Shown piece after piece: positions 29,401 to 38,300 of a stretch of DNA of 52,616 nt. The DNA comes from a virus (lineage: Duplodnaviria > Caudoviricetes). The notes beneath the pieces are model-generated. The model was not told the DNA's origin, did no database searches, and saw nothing but the letters and a program-made list of their open reading frames with translations. Position 1 is the stretch's first letter. Each line of letters opens with the position of its first letter. The stretch is from IMG/VR virus record IMGVR_UViG_3300034117_000572, positions 1 to 52,616 of that record; one strand, written 5' to 3'. The position numbers were made by a program, and so were the translations under genes.

Positions 29401-32400
29401 TATAACTTTATATTCATTTCTATTCTTAAAGAATTTAAAATTGTTTAAAAAGTTTCTAGCTCGTTTAATATGCGGTAAGTTATTAACTGAATCACCAGCT
29501 GTATCTTCAGAAGGACTAGATGTAGATAAGAATAATCTATCTACGTCTTTAGCTTTTTCTTTAGTACCAACAAACTCATCAGCAGGAGTAGGGATAGTTG
29601 GAACATCTCCAGAAGTAGGTGCTAGCTTAGCTAGTTCTCTATCAAGAGTTTCTTTATCTTTTAATAACTTTTCTTCTTCTGTTTGTATTCTTTCATATCC
29701 TTTTAATGTAGAAAGATTAATGTTCTGAATATTACCAGCTAAGTCTTCCACTTTTACTGTACCATCATCATTTAAAGCTATCACCTTTACAGTGGTTAAC
29801 TCTGAGAAATCTACATTAAGATCATCAGCAGCTTGTTTAGCTTCTTCTCTAGTATCATAGTATTTAACTTCTCCATTAGGAGATGTCACTTTAAATTGAT
29901 CACCAGCTTTTCTAACCTTAGCAGGAGAGAAACCAGGAACTTGATATTCTCTACCAACTTCTAATGTTTCTTTCTTACCAGACTTATTCAAGAACCCAGA
30001 CTTCTCATCTTCTTCAAACAATGTTGTTTGTCCTTCTTTCTGTTCTTCTTTTTCTTTTTGTAATTCTTCTGCTTGTGCAAAATATTTATCAAATCCTTTC
30101 TCTGTAGAAAGATCTTCAAAACTTACAGCAGCTTGTTCTTTTCTAGCATTTAGTTTATTTAAATCTTCAGCATAAGTCATTAGTCCAGATGTCTCATCTA
30201 TTCTTAAATTACCAAATGCTATTCCTGGAGAAAACTCTTGATTGTTAAGCTCAAAATTAACTAACTCATTAAATAATTTTGAATCAATTTGTTCTGATGA
30301 TTTAATAAGACTTATCTTCTCAGATAGAGTTCTAAGTTTTTTAATCTCTTCACGCTTAGCTGTTCTTTCAGCAGGAGATAGATTAGCAAGAGACTCACTT
30401 AATGAATTTGCTTTTTGTTCATATGTATCACTCAATTCTTTTAATCCTTTTTTACTTGTTGCTAATGTTAAAAGATCATTTGTAAGAAGAGGATTTACTT
30501 GTGATATAGCTGTTTGTATATCTGCAATTCTTTGATTAGAATCTTGTTGCATGTATGAGAAGTTTGCAAGATCTGTTTTCCAGTTCTCAAACATACCATA
30601 CTTCAATGATTCAGTTCTCTCATCATCTGTTTTAGGATCCATTATTCTTCTATAAGGATTATTAAAAGTAGAATTAATAGATGTTGATATGTCATTAATG
30701 TTATTAGCTTTTTGTATTAAAGCATCAACATATCCAGTAACAGTAGATTGGTTTGAACTATTAAAGTCCATACCAAATGTTTTTTCAAATTCATCCTTAG
30801 GAAGATCTTTTAACATCTCTAATTGTTCTATTGTAACATCATGCATTCCAAGTGGAATTCTTGAGTTTACAAATCCAAAGAACATATCAGATTTTAAATT
30901 TTTAAATTTAAAAATGTTTCCAGAGTTAACAGCTTCATTCATCTGTTTTGCAATCTCAACACTTCTAGATGTATCTTCATACTTATTAGAAAGTACACCT
31001 GTCATTCCATATTGATTTAATATGTTAAGTGTACTATTAAGTCTTTTATTATCTGCTTTTGATTTACCTGTAGCTGCATCTACAATAGGTCCAGTGATAG
31101 CAGCAGTAAGTCCACCTATAACCATACTCTCAATACCAGCAGAACTACCAAATTGCTCAGCCATTCCTTTAGTAGTAGAAGTCATTGCTTCTTTTACAAA
31201 GTCCCAACTTTCTTTTCCTTGTGCTTTATATTTTCTAGTGTAATAATCATATTTTCTAGTGTAATAATCTTCTACACCAACTTGTGTAGCAAACTGTCCA
31301 CCTTCTTCATACACCCCTTCTGTAAATACATTGATTGCTTTTGGTTTTACAAATTCCCAAGCTTTACCAGAAAATGTTTGTGGAATCTTTCTTTCGAATG
31401 TATCAAGAGTTCCTTCTTTAAGACCCACTTTACCTGCATTACCAAAATCACTTAATGTAGAAGATGTAACTCCTCTTTGTGCTCCTGTAAATGATTTGAA
31501 CACATTATCAAATTGTACAGCATTAGATACAGTTAATAATGCCATGTTAATACCAAATCTAGTATTCATAGCATCTGTAGCATATTCTTCTATTTGTTGA
31601 AGTTCTGTACCTGTAGGTTCTTCACCAAAGTTATCAAACTTATATTGTTCTGTAAGTTGTTCTTTTATTTCTCTATATGATTCTCTTGATTCAATAGCAG
31701 CTTCTGTTCTTGCAGATCCATATACAGACATCCCATATCTAAATCCATTAGTTACTTTTTGAGCAGCAGCAAGTTGACCAAGTCTTTCTATGTTCAATAA
31801 TGTTTGTCCAGATTTACCAGCAGCTTTTGCAATATCTAAAACTTTATCTACTTTGTTTGCACCAGAAAATAACTTGTTTAAATATAAAGAAGCTTTGCCA
31901 AGTTGAACTGCAACTAAAGGAACCGCTCCTACACCTTCTGTAACAGCACCAATGATAGCATCTTGAACAAGAGCACCGCCAATAGCTCCAACCATAAATC
32001 CTGTATTCTTTATAATCTTATCTCCCCAGAAGTTAGCAGATCCATATGTAAAAGGAATAGCTGTAGCAAGTCCTCTAGACTTTTCATATTCTGTTACATA
32101 GTTAGGAAAATAATCTTCTAAGTTTTTTGTCCATGTATCAATAGTAGATTCATATCCATCAGGATTTGAAAGATCTGAAAGATTACTATTCTTAAGAGCA
32201 GATATTGTATTAGGAATTGTAGCAAATGATTGACCAAATGCACCTAGTGCAAGTCCTCCCATTTTAATAAGACCATTTCCTAATTGTTCTAATCCAGATT
32301 GTTGTAATCCATATACGTTCTCTAGATTAATTCCTCTCTCATACAATGGATATCTTTGGTTAGCAAGAAGTTCACTTTTAGAAACCATAGAAAATGTAGA

Positions 32401-32625
32401 ACCAAAACTAAAAGGATTACCTTTAGCTGCTAGTCCTGCTTTAGAAAGCTGATCAAAATCCATACCTTGGTAAGAAGGAGTGTTGTCACCAAAGTTTTCA
32501 AAACCTCCAAGGTTAACATTAATATCAGTTAATGCATCTCTTGTAGATCCTAAAGGAGTATCTACTTTAGAATTATAATTTCTGTTTGAAACATTTCCAT
32601 TAAGTTCATTTTCAAATATTGCCAT
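20482..32625 (-). CDS. Giant virion-packaged RNA polymerase polyprotein (crAss-like, phi14:2 gp66-type)
   Basis: GFRIPTQ and GSDFDIDKL (DFDID at 23200-23214) double-psi-barrel catalytic motifs; 4047 aa. Confidence 0.9.
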   Translation of the reverse strand: MAIFENELNGNVSNRNYNSKVDTPLGSTRDALTDINVNLGGFENFGDNTPSYQGMDFDQLSKAGLAAKGNPFSFGSTFSMVSKSELLANQRYPLYERGINLENVYGLQQSGLEQLGNGLIKMGGLALGAFGQSFATIPNTISALKNSNLSDLSNPDGYESTIDTWTKNLEDYFPNYVTEYEKSRGLATAIPFTYGSANFWGDKIIKNTGFMVGAIGGALVQDAIIGAVTEGVGAVPLVAVQLGKASLYLNKLFSGANKVDKVLDIAKAAGKSGQTLLNIERLGQLAAAQKVTNGFRYGMSVYGSARTEAAIESRESYREIKEQLTEQYKFDNFGEEPTGTELQQIEEYATDAMNTRFGINMALLTVSNAVQFDNVFKSFTGAQRGVTSSTLSDFGNAGKVGLKEGTLDTFERKIPQTFSGKAWEFVKPKAINVFTEGVYEEGGQFATQVGVEDYYTRKYDYYTRKYKAQGKESWDFVKEAMTSTTKGMAEQFGSSAGIESMVIGGLTAAITGPIVDAATGKSKADNKRLNSTLNILNQYGMTGVLSNKYEDTSRSVEIAKQMNEAVNSGNIFKFKNLKSDMFFGFVNSRIPLGMHDVTIEQLEMLKDLPKDEFEKTFGMDFNSSNQSTVTGYVDALIQKANNINDISTSINSTFNNPYRRIMDPKTDDERTESLKYGMFENWKTDLANFSYMQQDSNQRIADIQTAISQVNPLLTNDLLTLATSKKGLKELSDTYEQKANSLSESLANLSPAERTAKREEIKKLRTLSEKISLIKSSEQIDSKLFNELVNFELNNQEFSPGIAFGNLRIDETSGLMTYAEDLNKLNARKEQAAVSFEDLSTEKGFDKYFAQAEELQKEKEEQKEGQTTLFEEDEKSGFLNKSGKKETLEVGREYQVPGFSPAKVRKAGDQFKVTSPNGEVKYYDTREEAKQAADDLNVDFSELTTVKVIALNDDGTVKVEDLAGNIQNINLSTLKGYERIQTEEEKLLKDKETLDRELAKLAPTSGDVPTIPTPADEFVGTKEKAKDVDRLFLSTSSPSEDTAGDSVNNLPHIKRARNFLNNFKFFKNRNEYKVIVVTPKNAKALGLEGIVQLSYNKNITDPLTEDETNVDTGFMAQVFIIQTPEGNFYVNDKGEKLSKVGEESSTILDNVVFQTMSSASLFTDGGYNKVRQGQEEDAEIALEAYKIFRQELSQQEGYTPYPFAISRGIPNQNVVNGVYEDNNVSDILGPNAEDIIATQDGLITVVTTGKVEHDGELLSFPLGSTLIQYGDLLDFVNNKTLTNKQANNVFAVMNAMAKDLIAKSNSNKVVKPNYNYLTFLRNVMYFNFKGNPTTPSQISLDTNAMAFRIGNKSFPLSQIEQSKQEITDALQEAFISVNNKTLTEEGTSKKFTEYVADAEGNLSTVVWPNYQSFLLSGKNPDGSSRSSQETPLITHTAKPTENKNSYKQKYAYVTDKDVLPYGKVPAKEVKPAPVQSKNKIGEYEVNTATPQTFPINSGPILFTATLSPEGEIAVNVQSNQTISDLSTDPVKIKTIDSSLKANLSPEEIEEFDKKSNEDKAKLFIGAAIKQSLAKTLAEQTSAPVVEEVVQPMAPPEVVAQQDVEAKKADIERRRQEELIKEFGRNLELVKSGQKAVISRTPDLVKLSSDSQVSDARAQEVIDKYNKINAKYDAELAALEQPTEAPYDPSKRTRRDDAPEYRQAGKDSSDRMTNSELEMFKQWHAENVPFIPFEILENIIQRGGITAWGVFENGVAKFVRGGLRGTEYHEIFEAIYADFLTETQKNDLLTEFRNKKGEFTDRQSGKKIAYSDATDKQAKERIADDFADFRLGKLPARSLGESVRNLFKKIMDFFKSFVSKPSMKNELFKAIDSGKFKETKLSERAKALAPEYRAIEGLTEEQTNNYIQDMVSQIKLIIFREGRKDLLFNPESLTGEQVFTQVREIYKDLGEIDALGEKRYNELVKRSVDFLRTIGISFNADEVISINDENTTSKDYAPEAFSTDWKKHSTGAIKFLLSTLTERRGLNQTNVQKGTELKVSKINSSPIGYKLLNFNRVFATLLDRLHNTNDPYEFTNKFIQLAKEDSNYIPLFKALGGNLETHNFDFDTFGESDWRLFIQFFTTFSKQKPDALIQYTSEEGDVYTGPANLFTTVSQTVDGWIANMKTIGKGEGGLISFTKNDKGEKVYKINTEKIKEFDVKKSTGQLKFLNELGIEFDQGTYNALSNREAIIKGKKTTEVKEFSDAVGQIQAYLGKNNELMTFDAKKLGIKGPLRTLSTLYNRVNNPNQDSTYFGVEGQRIGAFSENNAPSYFENTFNESKTLKELLERMPQLNDIYSKGSEVLKPGGLFFDKEGNRIAELKVGYIQGSKNQITGKDQSTSRLTRGQRYVQEINQNINGNYYVLIPGDSSTEWMMNLGNVISMDDVMSGDYLKKMYSIYTNYLNDDINLALENRKQNIYQRAKSQELRIMRDILPKNIVSAIETMIENGSTYEAIQEYITKNKQSINESVKQFTEKMTNETIDALLSSGQISSVEDGYTLDKFDTDFLKKYNLNGIVSLEDVKNVILFANINYQINNQEYHKILFGDPYQFKTEKGKLDETKRIKSFLSPRRRTFNMTEYNNFLKDKYNSVNDIKLEEGTPGHHDYKSYTNTVTLNTVEIVGSIATLPNIPKEIKDQYAKTDETDAMSWLMDNTHKEIALKEGQWSNEAEAFHQWQMAYTRRAFDKKKIKEYTSEKLRELDNKLLSSPMPKHKLAVRKPIVSGNKFNKTEIDLVLDKTSQMPLYYNMVEGTNLENLYVEMFNQNIGYSIVTTGRKVGAEGLHNVYNADGTFNTSKFENIVEVPWIAYGTQVETMSEGEKTQTRGSQPTKIVTSDLYENGEPVGETPERKEVIRKAVKRHDGALDLLNENAYNELLNRLGVIDLGDGYALEDNQRVSETLMYEMMRRDLSENAKDTIQLDKNGQFMMPFEASPSYIQIKSILYSMVNKALISPAMSGAPHVQVPVTMFEKATEGRSFARKTDTGWEKITKNQYKALTEEEKKSVLLTDDTLKFYEDKDGKRYCEVMLPHWFKNKFGNMTDEQILKYLNTPEGQKILTGIGFRIPTQALSSMEVFRVKGFLPQYMGYTVVVPSEITTKAGSDFDIDKLNMYLKSVYTDKNGNVKLVKWQGTEEATKDFFTKVYDESTERRALKKAELIEAIDTLVYGLEDTKGLINKYGDYILSIQDKYDDPFVFRGEMEKELEKLTDDNINAELRQSYINTMYKKSLENEYYDSIEELLTLPENFNKLISPVNDGGLEKISEILDDARGYSEANVQAKLVNRNYMTDLRHAFITGKRWVGIAAVNITNLSLRQKSQVYLDPAKLFSLSAQELSFVKDLSIVLPHNTLDVEGRKYVSLSGTKTSDGKQLISERLSGYATAFVDIANKPFITKIIKSDTIVSTFMFLEAIGAGNTGIYFLNQPIIEKYLEYLDNVGSKNVMGKMNLKYIRDQFPTTNKAIEDATISTDQFLDNIREYGEKGKFDDLKNAEQQLILNEFIKYKILADQLFSYTQSTNYDTTRFGSSDTLLKKEFATFNASNFNLISNVDKVLANTFIGKQADLLSKSFASFGAIMKTELPAIKAYTISTLKQYATKKYMSADDYEKISNLIKNSFVDYVIQNNTVMSNMIKPLLVDSETAVVNQLEQAKQKYPSIKILQDLVPVIGNREGSANSIELKANVKDAYSENLYVGMMRELRDTNPELNDLYNNIVNVAILQGVGQSAISIRNIIPVEDYAAKIAPIIEQLTPSTSLDAFANGMFERNNFNNKDVFSEYTPYANPSKREADEIIDPNTGEIEILYYIPAFKQIKTSQKGLLVLNDKYNSFQLSSDFIKVPKVITARDGSKVNIATRREVTAKDYALMKKKGSQDLYDAYYYKKVYTTNMDQYGNSIPLRTATVDKETSEVSYNYYYKQINVYGDGNRAVEFNKEFKPSVINNGGIPNAQELSDEEIVNQIAPQIQEEVVPLQTDTVIGDTITLKDGKEYNKLDINSNMLEALGYTPEEIGKILKSIC
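31228..31269. repeat. Perfect 21-bp tandem duplication
   Basis: ATATTTTCTAGTGTAATAATC x2, giving DYYTRKY-DYYTRKY in frame. Confidence 0.95.
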
Positions 32626-35264
32626 TATTTTATATTATTATTTTTTAATAATTTATCAATAGTTACAGGTCCTATATTATTTAATATAGTTTGCAAACCT
32701 GCTTCATTAACATATCCTTGTTGATTAACTACATCACTTATCCAACCTTGACTACTGTTGTAATATAATCTAACTTGGAACTTATCATTAGCACTACCAT
32801 CATTATCGTCACTTCCTTCTACATCAACTCTCACCTTTGGAGCAATAGCTGTACTAGCAATCATTGGTAACAATGGATCAAATCCTTTTATTCTTGCATT
32901 GTAAGGATCTGCCTCACCTGCAAGGTTTGTTGTTTTATTTGAAGAGAATGATACAATTTTTTTAATATCATTTAATGGACTAGTTTGTGCAGTTTGTGGA
33001 AAGTATGCAGTTAACTCTTCTCTAGTTGCAGGTATTCTTTGTGTAGTTTCTCCATCTGAAATAATTACTGTTCCACTACCATCATAGTTTTTAACAATAG
33101 TGTATCCTGTATTTTTACCTTCTCTTAACGTGTTAGTTTTAGATGGATCAAAGTCATCTGGTCTTTGTTGGTCTAATGCTCCATATGTTTCATATTGATC
33201 ATTCTTTCTTGTAATGAATTGATTTATTGCACTAGCAGTAGGTTTGTCTTCTATGTTCAATGTTCCTTTTTGAGTTTGGAACTCTGGAGAATTCATAGCT
33301 ATAAACTCAGATTGTTTTTGTGCCTGTTCTTTAAATTTCTCATTAACTTTAGGAAACACATTTACATTAATTTTTTGCAATTGATTATATATAACTTTTT
33401 CATCTTCACTCATTTTATTATTATTATAACCATTATAAATAGATAATGCTAATGCATAGTTCTTAGTACCTTTAAATTTATTTAAAAACGAAACATCTAT
33501 TCTTTTAACAGCACCTCCTGATCTTCCATCCCCAGTTGATTTGTATTCTAATGTTGAATAATCATTAAGTGCAGTATTGTACATTTTGTACATTGTAGTA
33601 GCATCATACATTGTTCTACCAGTCCTAGAATTCATTACACCTTTTTGAGAACCTATTATAGCAGCAATCTCTGCATCATAACCTTTTGTAGCATTAACTG
33701 CACCTTTCCATAAATTATTACCATCTGCAATTTGTGTATCGTATGATGTAACTTTTTCTAGATACTCACGTTGTTTGTTATCTTTAATAGAATTAGGATT
33801 TTCTAAATATTTTGTTACAAGTCTATCTAAAGATTCTTTAGCTTGTTCAGGTTTTAATCCTGGAAATAATAATTTTCCATATTGATTATTTAATCTTGTC
33901 TTATCATTTTTTAAAACTTCAATGTCTGCTTCTAAATCAAAAAGTGAAGGAGCTTTTATATCAGTTCTAATATCTCCAGGAAGAACAATGATTTGTTCTC
34001 CTTTTGCTTTAGCTTCTTGTTCTGTTTGAAATTTATATTCTTCAAAATTTTGACTTCTCTGTTTTAATCCAAATTCTAACTGAAATCTTTTTTGTGCTTG
34101 TCTTTCTTTTTCAATATCAAATTGAAATTTCTTCTGATCCATTATTGATTTGAATCCTGGATTGTCTGAATATTTTGTAGAAATAGATTCATTAGCAAGA
34201 TCTTTAGAAAGATTTGTTAAATACTTCTGTGTGTATATTTTATATTTATAAGCATCAGCTTCAGCTTCTGTATCAACACCAGCAAGATCTTCATTCATTT
34301 GTTTATCAAATCCTCCATCATAAAGAAGTCCTTTTGCTTTATTTATTTCTGTTTGAAGCATAGACTTTTGTTGAGGAGTAAGATCTTCTGTAGCAAGTTT
34401 TACTGAAGCATCAACAATAGCATCAGAATATATTCTTTTCTTTTCGTTATATGTTTTGATAATATCATTTTGAAATGTAATTGGTGTAGCACTTCTATAA
34501 TGATATTGTGCTGTAATGTTTAACTGTCTTTTATCTGTTTCATCAAGACTATCATAAAAGTTATTTAATATCTTCTCAGCAGCAATTCCTTTTACTGTAG
34601 TAGTTAACATCACTGTATCATACTTAGGCTGTCCTTTAGAAGGATCTGTAGAAACATTACCTTTATTATCGTAATATAATGTTTTACCTGAAATTGAATC
34701 TCGCATGAATGGGTTGTCAATAGAAGTATCTACTTCTTTTAATTTAGAAGCAAGATCTCTAAGTTTCTTATCTACATCCTTATATTCAATATACTGACCA
34801 TTGAAAGATTGTCCAGGGGTAGTGCTTTGTAAATATGCTCCAACTTGATTATTAAAAACATATTCATTCTCTGGAGAAGACTTACCTTCTTGTATTGCTT
34901 TCTCTTTCTTTTGTTGTTCTTTCTTAAGATGAGCAGTTGATTGTATAGCATTTTGTACATTTCTATCTCTAACAATTTGGTTAGTCATACCATTAACAGA
35001 GTTAACCAACTGGAAATTAGAAAAATCTCCAGCAGCCACTGTTCTAAGATCACTACCAAGCTGATTAAGTTTAGATTGTAAATATGCTTTATCAGCATCA
35101 TTGGCAACATCTAATCCAGCAACATTATCAATGTTAGTTTGTATTTTTTGTATACCTTCATCATATTGCTTTTGTTTCTGCATACCTACTTGAACCATTG
35201 CATCTACAGGCAATTGTTGTACGTAAGGATTAAATTGAGGTATTGAGTCAGTGAAACTTGCCAT
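32625..35264 (-). CDS. Virion cargo/ejection protein (879 aa)
   Basis: N-terminal FNPYVQQLP..M...KQ.QYD motif recalled from crAss-like cargo proteins; position upstream of vRNAP. Confidence 0.65.
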   Translation of the reverse strand: MASFTDSIPQFNPYVQQLPVDAMVQVGMQKQKQYDEGIQKIQTNIDNVAGLDVANDADKAYLQSKLNQLGSDLRTVAAGDFSNFQLVNSVNGMTNQIVRDRNVQNAIQSTAHLKKEQQKKEKAIQEGKSSPENEYVFNNQVGAYLQSTTPGQSFNGQYIEYKDVDKKLRDLASKLKEVDTSIDNPFMRDSISGKTLYYDNKGNVSTDPSKGQPKYDTVMLTTTVKGIAAEKILNNFYDSLDETDKRQLNITAQYHYRSATPITFQNDIIKTYNEKKRIYSDAIVDASVKLATEDLTPQQKSMLQTEINKAKGLLYDGGFDKQMNEDLAGVDTEAEADAYKYKIYTQKYLTNLSKDLANESISTKYSDNPGFKSIMDQKKFQFDIEKERQAQKRFQLEFGLKQRSQNFEEYKFQTEQEAKAKGEQIIVLPGDIRTDIKAPSLFDLEADIEVLKNDKTRLNNQYGKLLFPGLKPEQAKESLDRLVTKYLENPNSIKDNKQREYLEKVTSYDTQIADGNNLWKGAVNATKGYDAEIAAIIGSQKGVMNSRTGRTMYDATTMYKMYNTALNDYSTLEYKSTGDGRSGGAVKRIDVSFLNKFKGTKNYALALSIYNGYNNNKMSEDEKVIYNQLQKINVNVFPKVNEKFKEQAQKQSEFIAMNSPEFQTQKGTLNIEDKPTASAINQFITRKNDQYETYGALDQQRPDDFDPSKTNTLREGKNTGYTIVKNYDGSGTVIISDGETTQRIPATREELTAYFPQTAQTSPLNDIKKIVSFSSNKTTNLAGEADPYNARIKGFDPLLPMIASTAIAPKVRVDVEGSDDNDGSANDKFQVRLYYNSSQGWISDVVNQQGYVNEAGLQTILNNIGPVTIDKLLKNNNIK

Positions 35265-35280
35265 AATATTTATTGATTAG

Positions 35281-35311
35281 CAAATGTAACAGAAATAATT
35301 ATATAATACAA
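35281..35311 (-). promoter_or_regulatory. Bacteroidota sigma-A-like promoter for cargo/vRNAP operon
   Basis: TTG-N20-TACATTTG, 16 nt upstream of ATG 35264. Confidence 0.65.
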
Positions 35312-35353
35312 TATAATTCTTCCACGCTACGTAAGTATTTATAATTAAATTTA

Positions 35354-38300
35354 TTATTTAAAAGCTCTTACAATTGAACTTTGTGAGTATTTTTTGTTAA
35401 GTTTACCACCATTCTTTTTAGGAGCTACTTGATTCATATATTCTTCATTAGTGTATTCTTCTTCGTCAATAGGAGTGTAATCTACAGGACCAGATATATT
35501 TTGTTGTACAATAGGAGAAGTTGCAAGTGATGGAATTGATGGAGTTGATGCAACATTAGTAACTTGTTCTTTTTTAGAAACTGGTTGGTATCCTTTTATT
35601 GTTTTACCATCTATATCATAAACTATTTTATGAGTTGGCTTACCATCATTCCCATATATGTAAGGAATGTTTGCTTGGAAAGGAGCATTCATATTAATAG
35701 CTCTACCTCTATTGTCATATCTATAATTATACATATTCTCCATAACACCTAATGTTCTATTCTCAAGTGCGTTCTTAGCATACTTATCAGATATAGAATT
35801 AAGTATAGCTTGTGATGTAGCTTTTGTATTACTTCTAGCTTGTGCTTGTCTTGTATACTGTTGATCATATATTGCTAAGTTCTTTAACTCTGCATCATTT
35901 AATGTCTGAATGTTTCCAGAATAAACAGCATCTTTCATTCTTTGATTATCTATGAAGTCTTGTTCGTTTAATTGTTGCATAGGATTGTATGCCTGTGCAG
36001 CAATACTTGCTTGTGCAGCAGGATTGTATCCAACCAACCTTTGAGCACCTCTTGTTTGTGCAATCAAATCATTCTTAGCTGCTTGTCTACTTATATCAAA
36101 AGGAACTCTTAATTGTGGAGAATATGGTTGTGCTTGTACAGGTTCTAATTGATTAGAAGACATAGCATACATTTCTCCCATCAATTGATTAGGATTAAGT
36201 TCTTCTTGATCTGTAGGTCTTATGAATGGAAGTACTTGTCCAAACGCATCTAAAAGCCCACTTCTTTTATAAGGAATTGTTTCAAATTGATTATCTACAT
36301 TAGTTTCAACTTTAGGAGTTTCTTTTAAAGGTGTAGTCATTCCAGGAGTTGTATATTTAATAGCAGCATCTATAACATGATGTATAGGACCAACTTCTTT
36401 ATTTGTACCTTCTTCAATTAAAAAGTTAATTTTTTCTTCATCTGTAGAAAATTTATTAAGACTCTTTTTAACTTTTTCACTTTCAGTACCATAAGAGTTA
36501 TTAATATAGTCAAGCATTTTCTTACCTCTTTCTTTATCAGCTAATGCTGTTTTTACAGAAGGTGACCATTCTTGTTCATAACGTTGCATGTCATCCCATA
36601 TAGGATTACCTGTATCGCCAGCTTTTGTAAAACTCCATTTATCTCCTCTACCTTTTACAACTTTATCATCACCTTTACCATCTTTTGCTTTAGGAATAGA
36701 AGTTCCAAACTTAGCATATCCTTCCATAGCTTTTTTATCTATTTTAACTTTACCTCTTGCAAGATCATCAGCAACAACACCATATTCTTCTGCTGTATCA
36801 TTTATAGCATTTTGTAAATCAGCAGCTTTTATTTTCTTGTCTGCAATTTCTTTAAGTTTCATATTTCCTCCTTTGATAGATGCTTCTAATGCAGTGAGCT
36901 TTAATTTATCAAAAGAATTTTTTACATCAAGACTGTTCAACTCATTCGTTGATTTCTCAATTAGTTTATTTTGTTTAGCTTCTGTTTTAGAAAGATCAGC
37001 TACATAGTTTTTAAACTTCTTACCTTTAGCATTTTTATCTGCTAATGCTTCAACACCATATTCAGGAATCATAAGATTACCATATACAACAAGACTTTCT
37101 TCTCCTGAAGATCCATCACGTAATTTAGTAGCAGGTTCTCCTCTTTCTACTTCTACAGGATTATCACCATATGTAATACCAATACCAGTGTTACCTTTTC
37201 CATCAGACTCATCGTGACTCTTACCTCTGAACATTACAGTTTCTCCACTACCAGGTAGGTATGGATTTTGAGACATAGGTTCAGCATATCCACCCCAATG
37301 AGTTTTAAGTTCACCGCCCATAGCATATGTTTGCATAGCTCTTTCACTAGGTTCTCTGTAAGCTTTTAAATGTCCACCAGCTCTGAATTCATCTTTATGT
37401 GCAAAGTCTGCAAAGTCTTGAGCATCAAGTTCACCAAACTTAGCAATTAATTGTGGATTATATTCAGGATTCATGTATCCACCATTTCTTAGATTTGAAC
37501 CAAATTTAGGATGTAAATAATCAGTAGTAAATTGAGAAGCAATCATTCTATTCATATTATTTTTTATCTTCTCTTCAGCTTTTCTTTGGTCTCTATCATT
37601 TGTGTCGAACAATCCTCCAATAGCGGTTCCTGCAGTTTGACCTATTGCTTCTCCAGCAGGACCACCAATAGCCATACCAGCAGCACCACCAATAGCACCA
37701 CCTACTTGTCCACCTCCATCATTACCAGTTAAACTAGCAGCACCTTGACTTCCCAATCCACCAATAGCTCCCCATGGAGTTCCTCCACCAGCACCTCCAC
37801 CCATTGAAGACATCATACCAGACATTGCTGCTCCATCAAATGCTTTAGGAAGATATCCTCCCATTCTGTATGATTTAACTTGATCTATATTATATAATGG
37901 TTCATATTCAAGATCATCATATAAAGAATTACCATCACCATATGTATTTTGTATCTCTGTTGGATTACCACCAACCATTCCACCATATTCTAATCTAGCA
38001 CCATTTCTTGCAAGTACATTTGTACCTACACCATATACAGGAAAGAATTCTTCACCTGTCATTTCAGGCATAAATGCTCTTCTCTTTCTTTCTGCATTTT
38101 CTGTATATTGTCTCAATGCATCTACATCTGTAGATTCAGCTGCATCAGCTTGAAGACCTGTAACATTAGCAAACATTTCTGCTTCTTTTCTTTTTCTTCT
38201 ACCTTCTCTAATTGCTTGTATACCACCAATTACCTTACCAGCTGGTCCAGCCATTTTACTAAGCTGATCACCAAAGTTAGGTTTTTTAGGTGTAGCACCA

